Shown in pieces: positions 20,947 to 31,473 of a stretch of DNA of 64,000 nucleotides. Where the stretch lies: NCBI GenBank assembly GCA_963783655.1, contig CAWAOA010000010.1, positions 71,054 through 135,053 of the forward strand. The letters are read 5' to 3'. Positions within the stretch are counted from its first letter, which is position 1; the number at the start of each line of letters is the position of its first letter. The notes under the pieces are model-generated. The model was not told the DNA's origin. It saw only the letters and a program-made list of their open reading frames with translations, and did not search any database. The position numbers were made by a program, and so were the translations under genes. This stretch comes from an uncultured Chloroflexia bacterium (GTDB taxonomy: Bacteria > Chloroflexota > Anaerolineae > CG2-30-64-16).

Positions 20947-22664
20947 GTGAGGAAGCATCAGTCTGTCGTGCTCTGTCTGTTGCTGCTGGTTGCCGTGATC
21001 GTTGCGGGCTCGCGCCCGCGGCGCCGGCCACAGCGCCGGCCAAGCCAGCCCCAGCGCAGGCCACTACTGCGCCTGCGGCTGCCGCTCCCACCACCGCGGC
21101 TGCAGCCACCAAGGCGCCGGCCGCGCCCGCTACCGCGGCTGCAGCTACCAAAGCGCCGGCCGCCGCTAGCGGGACAAAGACCATCCGCGTTCGCTACACC
21201 AGCGATCCCAAGTCGCTCGACCCGGGGCTCTTCATCGAACTGGTCACCGGCTGGATGTCGAAGGACCTGCATGCCGGTTTGATCCGTTTCGACAGCAAGA
21301 TGGCCCCAACCGCATACATCGCGAAGAGCTGGGAGATCTCACCCGACGGCCTCACGTACACTTTCAAGCTCCGCGATGACGTCAAGTTCCACAACGGGCG
21401 CAAGGTGACCGCGGGAGACTTCGTCTTCACCTTCACCCGCCAGCTCGATCCGAAATTCAAGGGCGCCGTCGGCCCCCAGAACCTGAGCAAGGTCAAGGGC
21501 GCCAAGGAGATGCAGGACGGCAAGGCGACGGCGGTCGAAGGGTTCAGCGCACCGGACGACGCGACCTTTAAGATTACGCTGACACAACCCGATCCGGCCC
21601 TGCTGCTGCGCCTCGCCACGCCGTTCATGTCGGTAATCCCCAAGGAAGCCGTGTCGGCCACTGAAGCGAAGTGGACCGGAAACCCGGTGGGCGCCGGCGC
21701 TTTCAAGTTCGTCGAGTGGCAGCCGAACGTCAAGGTAGTCCTGGAAGCGTTCGATGGCTACTTCCTGGGCCGGCCCAAGATCGATCGGATCGAGAACATG
21801 GTGGTGCCGGACAACCCGAGCGCTTTGAACCAGTACATCGCCGGGACGCTGGACATCATCGACGTGGCGGCGGCCATGGTGCCGCAGATCAACCAGGACG
21901 CCAACCTGAAGAAGGATTTCGTCGAATACCCGCGCGCCCAGCTCACCTTCTTCACCCTGGATCAGACTCGTGTCGCTGCCTTCAAGGACAAGCGTGTCCG
22001 CCAGGCATTCACGTACGCCCTCAACCGCGCCGAGTTGATCGACAAGGTTGATCGCAACGTCGCCCTACTGGCCAATGGATACATCGTGAAAGGCATCCCG
22101 GGTTTCGATGAGAGCCAGAAGGTGTATCCATTCGACCCGGCCAAGGCCAAGCAGTTGATGGCCGAAGCGGGCTTCCCAGACGGTAAGGGCTTCCCGGCGA
22201 TCGAGGTCGTCGCGACTGCCTCGTCGTCTTCGCAGCTCGAGGTGATAGCAGCGCAACTGAAAGAGAACATCGGCGTGAACGCCACCGTGCGTATCGGCGA
22301 GCGCGGCGATGTGGTGGCCGGGATGTGGGCGCACAAGTGGGACGTCCTGAGCTGGGGTTGGACGGCAGATCGCCCCAGCGCCGAAGTGTGGCTGGATGAG
22401 CTGATGTACAGCAAGGCCGGCAGCAACTTCGCCGGCTACAACAACCCGCAGTTCGACGCGGCCGTGGAAAAGGCCAGGGCCGAGGTTGACGCCGCCAAGG
22501 CAGCCGCGCTCTGGCACGAGGCGGAGAAGATCGCCTACGACGAGCTGCCGTACATCCCGTACGGCTTCGCCAAGTATCTGTGGCTGGTCAAGCCGAACGT
22601 CAAGGGATTCGTCAGCGACTTGCTCGGCCCGATTCGCCTGGAGACGGTGGAAGTTACCAAGTAA
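20947..22664 (+). CDS. OppA/DppA-family ABC substrate-binding lipoprotein (frameshift at lipobox near 21010)
   Basis: Signal MRKHQSVVLCLLLLVAVIVAG, A/T/P linker, SLDP, AKSWEISPDGLTYTFKLR..VKFHNG, RVRQAF. Confidence 0.9.
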
Positions 22665-22781
22665 CAACCGCTGCCCCCCCACAGGTCTCAGGATCGGGGG
22701 GTATGGACCCGGCGCTGCGAACGATGGGTTTATGTCCATCCATTCGCAGCGCCGGCGCCCGAGCCACAGGGCAGGATAAGT

Positions 22782-23708
22782 ATGTCGCGATACATCTCTC
22801 GCCGTCTTTTCGCATCGTTGATCAGTCTGTTCGGCGCAACACTCATCGCCTTCCTCGCGTCGCGACTCGCGCCGGGCGATCCGCTGCGCCTGATGTTCGG
22901 CGACCAGAACATCTCCAATGAGGTCGTGCTGCAAATGCAGAAGCAGTACGGCCTGGACCAACCGCTGCTCGTCCAATACGTCTTCTTCGTAAAGAACGCG
23001 CTGCGAGGCGATTTCGGGACCTCGTACGCATACATCGGCAAACCGGTTCTGGAGGTCATCGCCCCAGGCGTGCTGGTGTCCCTCAAGTGGGAAGCAGTGG
23101 CGTTGGTGCTGGCGGTGGCGGGAGCTTTCGTGCTCGGCACCGTCGCAGCCATCAAACACAACACCTGGCTGGACACCGGCACCATGTTTGTGGCGCTGGC
23201 CGGCATCTCGATGCCCAGTTTTGCGCTGGCAACTTTCTTGATCATCATCTTCGCACTAAAGCTGCAGGTCCTACCTGTGGCGGGCCTGACCTCCCCTGCC
23301 CATTATGTGCTGCCAGCTCTCACCATGGCTGCGCAACCGTGCGCCATGCTGGCGCGCCTTTTGCGCGCCTCGATGCTGGAAGTGATCCGGCAGGATTATA
23401 TGACGACGGCCCGGGCGAAGGGCCTGGATGAATACAAGGTGATTGTGCGTCACGGCCTCAAGAATGCCATGCTCCCGTCGGTGACCGTGCTTGGCATCAT
23501 GGTGGGTCGCATTCTTGCCGGCAGCTTTCTTATCGAGACGGTATTCAATATCCCCGGTCTCGGACGGATCGGCGTGCAGGCCGTCGTGCAGCGTGATTAC
23601 CCGGTGATCCTGGGCATTACCGTGCTGCTCTCGGCAGCTTTCCTGCTCGTCACGCTGGTCGTCGATGCGCTGTACGGTCTGGTGGACCCGCGCATAAGGG
23701 TGGAATAG
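22782..23708 (+). CDS. OppB/DppB-family permease
   Basis: APGDP, GLDQPL..QY, GDFGTS, ARAKGL, IETVFNIPGLG, RDYP, DPRI. Confidence 0.92.
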   Translation: MSRYISRRLFASLISLFGATLIAFLASRLAPGDPLRLMFGDQNISNEVVLQMQKQYGLDQPLLVQYVFFVKNALRGDFGTSYAYIGKPVLEVIAPGVLVSLKWEAVALVLAVAGAFVLGTVAAIKHNTWLDTGTMFVALAGISMPSFALATFLIIIFALKLQVLPVAGLTSPAHYVLPALTMAAQPCAMLARLLRASMLEVIRQDYMTTARAKGLDEYKVIVRHGLKNAMLPSVTVLGIMVGRILAGSFLIETVFNIPGLGRIGVQAVVQRDYPVILGITVLLSAAFLLVTLVVDALYGLVDPRIRVE

Positions 23709-23722
23709 GTAGGAGACTGAGC

Positions 23723-24658
23723 ATGGCTGTCTCTCCGATACAGGAGTCGCTTCCTCCCGCATCAGCGGGAGAGCTGGCGCGTGCAAAGAAACGAAGGAAA
23801 CGAAACGAGAGCACCAGTCTGACGGCCGACGCGTGGTATCGCCTGACTCGCAACAAGAGCGTGGTCGCCTCAATGGTGTTCGTCACGCTGCTGGTCGCCG
23901 TCTGTCTGGTGGCGCCCGTTCTCGGCCTACCCGCCCCGACGGCACAGGACCTCGGGAACATGAACCAGGGACCGAGCGGCGGGCACGTTTTGGGCACGGA
24001 CGAACTCGGGCGCGATATGCTGAGCCGGCTGATCTACGGTGCGCGCGTCTCGCTGCTCGTCGGTTTGGGCGTGCAGATCCTGACCGCCCTGATCGGTACC
24101 CTGCTCGGTCTGATTGCCGGCTACTACGGTGGCATCGTCGATACGATCGTCATGCGGTTCGTGGACACCATGTACGCCTTCCCGCCGTTCCTCTTCGCCG
24201 TATTCATGGCGGCTGTGCTGCCTTCCTCCGTTTGGAGCATCCTGTTCGTGCTAACCCTGGTGGGCTGGCCGTGGAATGCGCGCGTTACACGGAGCCTTAC
24301 GCTGTCACTCAAGGAATCGGAGTACGTGACCGCCGCCCGCGTCGTGGGAGCGTCGAGTTGGCGGATCATGATCCGTCACATTCTCCCCAACTCACTCAGC
24401 CCCATCATTGTCGGCTTCTCGATTGGAATGGCGGGAACCATCATGGCCGAAGCGGGCTTGAGCTTTCTCGGGATCGGGATCAGGCCCCCCACGCCGAGTT
24501 GGGGCGGCATGATCGACAAAGGCCGGGCGTACCTGCAGGTCTACCCACACCTGGCGCTCTACCCAAGCATTGCGCTGGCGATCACCACGCTGGCCTTCAA
24601 CTTCCTCGGCGACGGCTTGCGCGATGCGTTGGACCCCAGGATGAAGAGCCAGATGTGA
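23723..24658 (+). CDS. OppC/DppC-family permease
   Basis: HVLGTDELGRD, RHILPN, EAGLSFLGIG..PPTPSWG, GDGLRDALDP. Confidence 0.92.
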   Translation: MAVSPIQESLPPASAGELARAKKRRKRNESTSLTADAWYRLTRNKSVVASMVFVTLLVAVCLVAPVLGLPAPTAQDLGNMNQGPSGGHVLGTDELGRDMLSRLIYGARVSLLVGLGVQILTALIGTLLGLIAGYYGGIVDTIVMRFVDTMYAFPPFLFAVFMAAVLPSSVWSILFVLTLVGWPWNARVTRSLTLSLKESEYVTAARVVGASSWRIMIRHILPNSLSPIIVGFSIGMAGTIMAEAGLSFLGIGIRPPTPSWGGMIDKGRAYLQVYPHLALYPSIALAITTLAFNFLGDGLRDALDPRMKSQM

Positions 24659-24696
24659 GCGATGGGCAGATCCGCGGCATAGAAAACGAGGACCAG

Positions 24697-25218
24697 ATGG
24701 AAGCGGAAAACAATCTTCGCACGGGCGCCCCGGTCGAGGGTAGCGCCGTGACCGGCATGGACACACTGGCAGACGCAGCGGCACGATTCGCAGCCGACCT
24801 GTACTGGTTCGTCGCCAATCGGGTAATCGCCGACCTGGGCGAGGAGGGGGAGCGAGCCGTACGGCAGGGACTGCGGGAGTTCGGGCTGGCACACGGCGAA
24901 GCGATTCGTGCGGCAGCGGACGCGTCCGCAGAGGAGATCGATCTCGCCGCCTTTATCCGGCACTACGATCTGCCTATGGCGCGTGCCTGGCGCGGTGAGT
25001 CGACGGTAACGGCCCGGCAGAAGGACAGCATTGTCACGTTCTGCCCGATGGCGGAGCAGTGGCGAGCGCGCGGCGGGCCCGAGATCGGCCAGATCTATTG
25101 CGAGGAAGTCGATCCGGCGATCCGTGAAGGCTACAGCCCTGACCTGCATTTCACCGCCGGCCAGTTCATCCTGCGCGACTGTGCGCCATGCCTGCAACGA
25201 GACGAGATGGGAGCTTGA
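24697..25218 (+). CDS. L-2-amino-thiazoline-4-carboxylate hydrolase-like (ATC_hydrolase family) protein
   Basis: GEEGERAVRQGLREFG...G, FCPMAEQW, GQIYCEEVDPAIREGYSP, terminal Cys. Confidence 0.7.
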   Translation: MEAENNLRTGAPVEGSAVTGMDTLADAAARFAADLYWFVANRVIADLGEEGERAVRQGLREFGLAHGEAIRAAADASAEEIDLAAFIRHYDLPMARAWRGESTVTARQKDSIVTFCPMAEQWRARGGPEIGQIYCEEVDPAIREGYSPDLHFTAGQFILRDCAPCLQRDEMGA

Positions 25219-25235
25219 TCATGCCAGGAGGTCAG

Positions 25236-26447
25236 ATGGTGGACAGGGAAGCGGATCTACGGGGCGGCGTGACGGGCGCCATTGATGCGGCGGCCGCAGA
25301 CGTCATAGGGCTGTCAAAGTATGTCCACGCCAACCCCGAACTGGCCATGGAGGAGTTCAAGGCGGCCGCGGCCTGTTGCGACCTGCTCCGCAGCTACGGG
25401 TTCGACGTCACGGAAGGGGTTGCGGGCCTACCCACTGCCTTTGTTGCCCGTTGCGGCGCCGGCAGACCGCGCATCGGCATCCTGGTCGAGTACGACGCCC
25501 TGCCGGGCGTTGGGCACGGCTGCGGGCACAATCTTCTTTGCGGCGCCACCATCGGCGCCGGGCTCGGCGTGAAAGGTGTCCTGGAGCAGATTGCCGGCGA
25601 GGTGATCGTGTTCGGCACGCCGGCCGAAGAAGGCAAGGGGGGAAAGGTCTACATGGCACGGGCCGGGCTGTTTGAAGGGCTCGACGCCGTGCTCGGCACG
25701 CACCCACATCCATCGTATGCTGCGGTGCCCATCGACCCGGGCAGCGGCAACGCCCTCGCCTGCGAGTCAGTCGAGGTGGAATTCTTCGGCGCCCCGGCGC
25801 ATGCGGCGCGCGATCCGCACAACGGGATAAATGCCCTGAACGCCGTTATCGAGACCTTCAACGGCATCAACGCCCTTCGCCAACACATCAAGCCATCGGC
25901 GCGCATCCACGGCGTGATCCGTAACGGTGGCGTCGCCGTCAACGTCGTGCCGGAATATGCCAAAGCCGAATTCCTGATTCGCGCCGAAACGCGTCGCGAG
26001 CGAGACGAGCTGGTGGAGCGCGTCTGCCGCATTGCCGAGGGGGCGGCCCTGATCACCGGCGCCCGGCTGCAGTGGACGCCGTCAGACGTTCCGTACGACG
26101 ACATGGTGTCGGTTTACACGATCAACCGCCGTCTGAAGGCGAACTTCGACGAGCAAGGATTGGCAACACACCGCGAGAAGCCGGGACCGGGTCTCGCATC
26201 CTCTGACATCGGCAACGTGAGCTACCTCGCACCGACCGGGGCAGGCTTCTTCCCGATCGTCGATAAAGTGATCCCGTGGCATTCCCACGTTGCGGCCGAG
26301 GCCTGCAACACCGATTATGCGTATGCCAATATGATCCGTGCGGCCAAGGGCATCGCGCTGACGGCGCTGGAGCTCTTCACCCAGCCCGATCTGCTCGTCG
26401 CCGCTCAGGAGGAACATCGGGCTGCCCTGGCCGGCCGCCAGGATTAG
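25236..26447 (+). CDS. M20 amidohydrolase (AbgB/ACY1L2-like)
   Basis: HANPELAMEE, EYDALP..GHGCGHN, GTPAEEG.GGK, HP, SSDIGNVS, WHS. Confidence 0.9.
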   Translation: MVDREADLRGGVTGAIDAAAADVIGLSKYVHANPELAMEEFKAAAACCDLLRSYGFDVTEGVAGLPTAFVARCGAGRPRIGILVEYDALPGVGHGCGHNLLCGATIGAGLGVKGVLEQIAGEVIVFGTPAEEGKGGKVYMARAGLFEGLDAVLGTHPHPSYAAVPIDPGSGNALACESVEVEFFGAPAHAARDPHNGINALNAVIETFNGINALRQHIKPSARIHGVIRNGGVAVNVVPEYAKAEFLIRAETRRERDELVERVCRIAEGAALITGARLQWTPSDVPYDDMVSVYTINRRLKANFDEQGLATHREKPGPGLASSDIGNVSYLAPTGAGFFPIVDKVIPWHSHVAAEACNTDYAYANMIRAAKGIALTALELFTQPDLLVAAQEEHRAALAGRQD

Positions 26448-26458
26448 CAGGCACGCCT

Positions 26459-26657
26459 ATGCCGCCAAAGATCGACCCCACCCGGTGCACGGGTTGCGGA
26501 ATCTGCCTGTTCCAGTGCGGCGCCCGCGTTTTCACCTTCGACGCCGGGCACCAACGTGCCACGCGTGAAGCATCCGCGTGAGTGCGTCGACTGCTATATC
26601 TGCGAGAAGTACTGCCCCAAAGATGCCATCACCGTCAGGGTAGGCAAACCGAAATGA
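26459..26657 (+). CDS. 2x[4Fe-4S] ferredoxin, AprB-like N-terminus (frameshift near 26560)
   Basis: MPPKIDPTRCTGCGICLFQC ... ECVDCYICEKYCPKDAI; ATGA-coupled to the next gene. Confidence 0.8.
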
Positions 26658-28340
26658 ACAGCGGCGGCATCGTGATCGTGGGCGGGGGGTTGGCCGCGTG
26701 CGCGGCTGCCATCGAAGCCGCAAAGTACGGGCTGCCGGTGACGCTGATCGACAAGGGCGTGCCCGGGCGGAGCGGCTCCTCCTGCACAGCGGGGGGTGGG
26801 TTCTCCTTTGCGCAGGCCGGTCCGCCACCCGATACCGATTCGGCAGCGCAGCAGCGGCACTACGCAGACACCCTGCGCGCCGGGGAGGGCTTGAACGACC
26901 CGCGCCTGGTGCAGCGGCTCGTCGAGGAAGCCCCACTCTGCGTGCCGGAGCTGGAGCGATACGGGTTGCGCTTCCCCCATGGGCCCGGCGGCGGCATCGA
27001 GCCCGGCCGCGCGCCCGCGCACAGCGAGGCCCGCACGGCATCGCCCCAGGATGGCGGGCCGGCGCTGATGGATGCGCTGCGCCGCGAGCTGCTGCACCGG
27101 CGCGTGCGGACCATCGAGCGCACGATGGTCGTCCGGCTTGCCATGCGCGACGGGCAGATCGCCGGGCTCTACGCGTTGCCGCTGGACGGCGGGGATGCGT
27201 TTCTCATCCGCTGCGCCTCGGTGGTGCTTGCCGCCGGGAGCGCCACGCACCTCTACCCCTTCGCCAGCGCGAATTACCACACCACAGGAGACGCCTTCGC
27301 GCTCGCCTGGGAAGCGGGCGCGGCGCTCGCAAATCTCGAGTTCAACGAATTCACGCTGATCCCCAAGGTGGGGCGTGCGGTCATCGCCACGCCCGGGATC
27401 TCCTCGATGATGGCGTCCGGCAGCCACCTGCTGAACGGGTTGGGCGAACGCTTTATGCCCCGGTATGACCCCGAGCGAGCGGAAACCACGACCCGCGCCC
27501 GGTTGGTGCAGGCGGCAGTGTTGGAGACGCGGGCCGGGCGGGGACCGGTCTGGAATGACAGTATGGCCATTCCCGGCGAGGTTCGCGCTCGCCTGGCGGT
27601 CGAGGACTGGGAGATCCTGGGGAAACTGCAGGGAGCCGGCCTCCGGTGGCCGGAAGAACCGTTTGAGTGGGTTCCTGCGAGTCACCTGTGCCTCGGCGGC
27701 GTGGTGATCGGCGAGCAGGGGGACACGGCGGCGCCCGGCCTCTTTGCCTGTGGCGAGGCGGCAACCGGGATACACGGCGCCAACCGGCTGTCCGGAAACG
27801 CGCTATCGGAGTGCCTGGTCTTCGGCATTCGCGCCGGCCGCGCTGCCGCGCTCCACGCTCTGGCGGCCGGCGATCTTCCCGTCGATGCGGAAGACGCAAC
27901 CAGAAGCATGGCCGAATTGGCGGCAGCAACTGCCACCGGCGGGCCAGATCCCGCTGAGTGGCAGCACGAGGTGCGAGCGGCTGCGTGGGAAGGGATCGGC
28001 GTCGTCCGCTCAGAAACCGGGCTGCAGCAGATCCTCGAGCGGCTGTCTGTCCTCGCCGAAGTCAAGCCCGCCTGTACGTTCTCGCCGCGACCTGATTCGT
28101 ACCCTCGAAACACGCAATCTGATCATGACGGCGCAGTTGATCGCGCGTGCCGCGTTGATTCGCACGGAGAGCCGGGGCCAGCATCTGAGAGAAGACTACC
28201 CGGAGACAGATGCAAGCTGGCAGAGGTGGATCGTATTGCGAAAAGACGGGGCATCGTTCAGCACTACCATTGAACCTGTGGGTGGCTCGCCGGTTCCGAT
28301 TTCGCGGGACCCTTCATTTCAATCGGGAGGAATAAGATGA
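26654..28340 (+). CDS. Second SdhA/NadB/AprA-fold FAD oxidoreductase (frameshift near 28080)
   Basis: IVGGGLA, TGDAFALAWEAGA, HLCLGG, GLFACGE..TGIHGANRLSGNALSECLVFG, RTESRGQH.REDYP. Confidence 0.82.
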
Positions 28341-29275
28341 AAGTAATGCTGCTGGTCGACCTCGAAGGTGCGTCGCTGCTCGACGACTGGCGGGCAATGT
28401 CCCCCGACTACCCCGAGCTCTACGCGGTAGCGCGCGAGGAGATTACCCAGGACGTAAACGCCGCCATCCGTGGCCTGCGCAAGGGCGGCGCAACCGAGAT
28501 CATCGTCGCAGACGGACACGCCGCGCGGGTGTGGCCCGATACGTTCAATATCATCCCGGAGAAGCTCGAACCGGGCGTGCAACTGGTGCGGGGAGCGGTG
28601 CATCTGGAGCGGGCCACCGATCTGCAGGCGCTGGCGATGGTCGGCATGCACTGCCGTAACGGGACGCCCGTCGGCTTCATGGGGCATACGACGAGTGGAT
28701 TCACGGCGGTCAAGTTCAACGGCGAATGGTTCGGCGAGGTCGAGATGCTCGCCGCAATCGCCGGCGAGCTGGGCGTGCGCACGGTGATGGTCGCAGGCGA
28801 CGATGCCACCTTGCGTGAGGCGAAGCATTACATGCCGTGGATCGCTTCCGCGATCGTGAAGACCGCTACGGGGCGGACGTCGTGCGACTGCCTGCCGGGT
28901 GAGCTAACGCGGCCGATGATCGAGCTGGCGGCTATGGATGGACTGTGCCGGGCCGGCGATATGCCGCTTTTCCAGGTTCCCGGACCGGTTGCTACAGAGA
29001 TGTTCTTCCCCAGCGCGGCGCACGCCAACATGGCGTCCACCATACCCGGCAGCGTGCCCACGGGAGAAACGAGCCTGCTGTACACGGCGCCGAATTTCCT
29101 GGAAGCGCGGCGCTTCTTCACCACCAGTCTCCGCCTCGCCAACGGGGTCGGCAACGAGGCGATGATGAAGCACATCGTGCAGGACCCAGCGGCAAAGGCA
29201 AGACGAAGCGAATACAATCGCCAGTCGCGCACGGAATTCTGGGCGGAACCCTGGCTGCGGGTCGAGCTGCCATAG
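28337..29275 (+). CDS. M55-family (DppA-type D-aminopeptidase) metallopeptidase
   Basis: VDLEG, VNAAIRG, ADGH, GMH, GHT, GE, VAGDD. Confidence 0.85.
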   Translation: MKVMLLVDLEGASLLDDWRAMSPDYPELYAVAREEITQDVNAAIRGLRKGGATEIIVADGHAARVWPDTFNIIPEKLEPGVQLVRGAVHLERATDLQALAMVGMHCRNGTPVGFMGHTTSGFTAVKFNGEWFGEVEMLAAIAGELGVRTVMVAGDDATLREAKHYMPWIASAIVKTATGRTSCDCLPGELTRPMIELAAMDGLCRAGDMPLFQVPGPVATEMFFPSAAHANMASTIPGSVPTGETSLLYTAPNFLEARRFFTTSLRLANGVGNEAMMKHIVQDPAAKARRSEYNRQSRTEFWAEPWLRVELP

Positions 29276-29301
29276 CGAACGGCGTAGCTTTCTAGGCCAA
29301 T

Positions 29302-29339
29302 GCGCGATTTCGGATCGGCGCGCCGATCCGAAATCGCGC
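29302..29339. terminator. Perfect 38-bp palindrome between convergent genes
   Basis: GCGCGATTTCGGATCGGCG|CGCCGATCCGAAATCGCGC. Confidence 0.6.
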
Positions 29340-29361
29340 GGGGAGCGCTTATCCTCTCAGC

Positions 29362-31473
29362 TCAGGCCTGCGCGCCCTCACCGGACGCTTCCATGACCGT
29401 CGCGCCGGCCTGCCTTCGCAGCAGCATGGCGCACGCATAGAAGATGATCACCGGGATCAGCAGGAAGTGATACCCGAAGAGCATACTGAAGTACTCCAAC
29501 GTCCCCCCGACCATGATCCCCAGGAGATTTGAGGCAAAAGCGACATCGGCAGCTTCAGTGTCGCGGAAGGAGTTGGAGAAGATGACGTTCGCCAGGAAGA
29601 CAGGCGCGAACGTCATCACGCTGGCCACCACGTAGCGCAACACGGCGCTCTGGAACAGCAGCGTCTCGGGTCGCACGACCAGGTTCAAGACCAGCATGGC
29701 GAACAGCAAGGCATAGAAGATGCCGATGCGCCGGATCTTGAAGCGCGCGTTCACGAGTACCGCCAGCAGTACCCCCGAGAGAATGGCGAAGAAGACCAGC
29801 GAGTTCACCATCCAGGTGCTGCCAAAGAGCAGCGCGAACGTCGTCAGCGCCCTGACCTCCAGCAGCGAGAACGCCACCCCCAGGAAGAACATGTGCCAGT
29901 CGAAGCGCCTCAGCGTGCTGCGCGGCGCAATCACCAGCACGCTCAGGAGCGAGATCAACCCCACCACGAGCAGGCCCGCGATATAGATAAACGGGAAGTC
30001 CGGCTCGCGCAGGTAGACGAACGGCCAGTCGTCGGTTGCCACCGGCACGCCCGAGCGTGGGAAGTAGCCCTCGCCGATCACGCGCAGGTCCAGCCGTCCC
30101 GTAGGGCTCTGATCTTCCTGGTAGGGGCCGTAGGCGCCGGGTGGCAGTGTCGCCAGCAGGGGTCCGGCCATGATCACGGCGGCGCGTCCCCAACCGCCGT
30201 ACGTGGACACCAGCGGGTCCTGCTCGAAGACATTGCCCACCATGTTCGCCAGCTTCTGCACCAGCCAGGCCTCGCGATAATAGTTGTACAGGACGAGGAC
30301 GCCGTCCTGTGTGAGGGCGTGGCGCGCCGACGCAATCGACTCCTGGGTCAGCAAGAAACTCTCCAGGCGCAGGTTCGCCATGCTCGACGTCAGCGTGAGC
30401 GAATCAGGCAGGGCGAAGATGACCAGGTCGAACTTCTCGTCCGTATTGCGCAGAAAAGCGCGACCGTCGTCCACCACCACCTTGACTCGCGGGTCATCGA
30501 AGGGACGATCAGGGTGCAGCTCGGCTCCGAGGCGGTGGATGACCGGGTCGATCTCCACGCCGGTGATGTCCTTCACGTCGTACGCAATCGCGGTCGCGAT
30601 ATCGGACCCGCTGCCTGCCCCAATGATGAGCACCCGGTTGAAGCGGCGATTGGGGAAAAGCTCGTAGACCCGGCGATAAAAGGACTCCTTCTGCTCCCAC
30701 GGCACCATCTCCTGGTGCCCGGTGTTGTTCACATCCAGCACGTACCCCTGCTGGTTATCGGAAGGATGAAGGGTAATTTTGTAGTAAGGGGACCAGTAGG
30801 TGCCGGTCTGGAGCTGCAGAGCCACGGCCAGGATGAGCGCGAGCGGTGCAACGGTCAGCAGAAGCGTGCGTTTGCTGCTCAGCGCCAGCACGAGCAAGGC
30901 AAGAGCGGCAAACCAGAGAACTGGCGGCAGCGAGAAGTAGGCGATCAGGAAGAAGGCGGCCGTACCGGCCAGACTGCCGATGATGTCGAAAGTATACGCC
31001 GTGAGGGGCTTTGTCTGTGCGAGCAGGTGGCCCAGTTGGCGAGAAATCGGCACGAAACAGAGCGCCACGAGAGTAAAGATCAGTGGCAACACATAGAAAC
31101 GCTCCGACTGCGCCGCCTGCGCTTCAGTGATCCCGTAGTACATCATGCTCGTGCTGCTGATGACGAGCTCGAACTTGGTGACGGCAACTACGCCCACGAG
31201 GATCAGCACCATTACCGGGAAGGGCGGGAACCGGAAGCGCTCACGCCGCGCCGAGAGGATCCCCAGCCCCATCCCCAGAAACGAGGCCAAGAGGATAAAG
31301 TTGGTGAAATAGCTAAGGTAACGGACGTAGGAGGGAATCCAGCGGATACACAATAACTCGAAGAAGAGAAGAGTGAAAGAAACGAGAAAGATGCGCAGGC
31401 GCGGGTCCTGAACGAAAGGCACTTCGGGTTCTACGCGAGGAAGGGCGCCGGCGCTCGATTCGCGGCTTGTCAT
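29362..31473 (-). CDS. Polytopic membrane protein with central spermidine-synthase-like class I SAM-binding domain
   Basis: FELLCIRW, WSPYYKI, LIIGAGSGSD, VEIDP, DDGRAFL, ATDDWPF.Y; TM helices on both sides. Confidence 0.8.
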   Translation of the reverse strand: MTSRESSAGALPRVEPEVPFVQDPRLRIFLVSFTLLFFELLCIRWIPSYVRYLSYFTNFILLASFLGMGLGILSARRERFRFPPFPVMVLILVGVVAVTKFELVISSTSMMYYGITEAQAAQSERFYVLPLIFTLVALCFVPISRQLGHLLAQTKPLTAYTFDIIGSLAGTAAFFLIAYFSLPPVLWFAALALLVLALSSKRTLLLTVAPLALILAVALQLQTGTYWSPYYKITLHPSDNQQGYVLDVNNTGHQEMVPWEQKESFYRRVYELFPNRRFNRVLIIGAGSGSDIATAIAYDVKDITGVEIDPVIHRLGAELHPDRPFDDPRVKVVVDDGRAFLRNTDEKFDLVIFALPDSLTLTSSMANLRLESFLLTQESIASARHALTQDGVLVLYNYYREAWLVQKLANMVGNVFEQDPLVSTYGGWGRAAVIMAGPLLATLPPGAYGPYQEDQSPTGRLDLRVIGEGYFPRSGVPVATDDWPFVYLREPDFPFIYIAGLLVVGLISLLSVLVIAPRSTLRRFDWHMFFLGVAFSLLEVRALTTFALLFGSTWMVNSLVFFAILSGVLLAVLVNARFKIRRIGIFYALLFAMLVLNLVVRPETLLFQSAVLRYVVASVMTFAPVFLANVIFSNSFRDTEAADVAFASNLLGIMVGGTLEYFSMLFGYHFLLIPVIIFYACAMLLRRQAGATVMEASGEGAQA

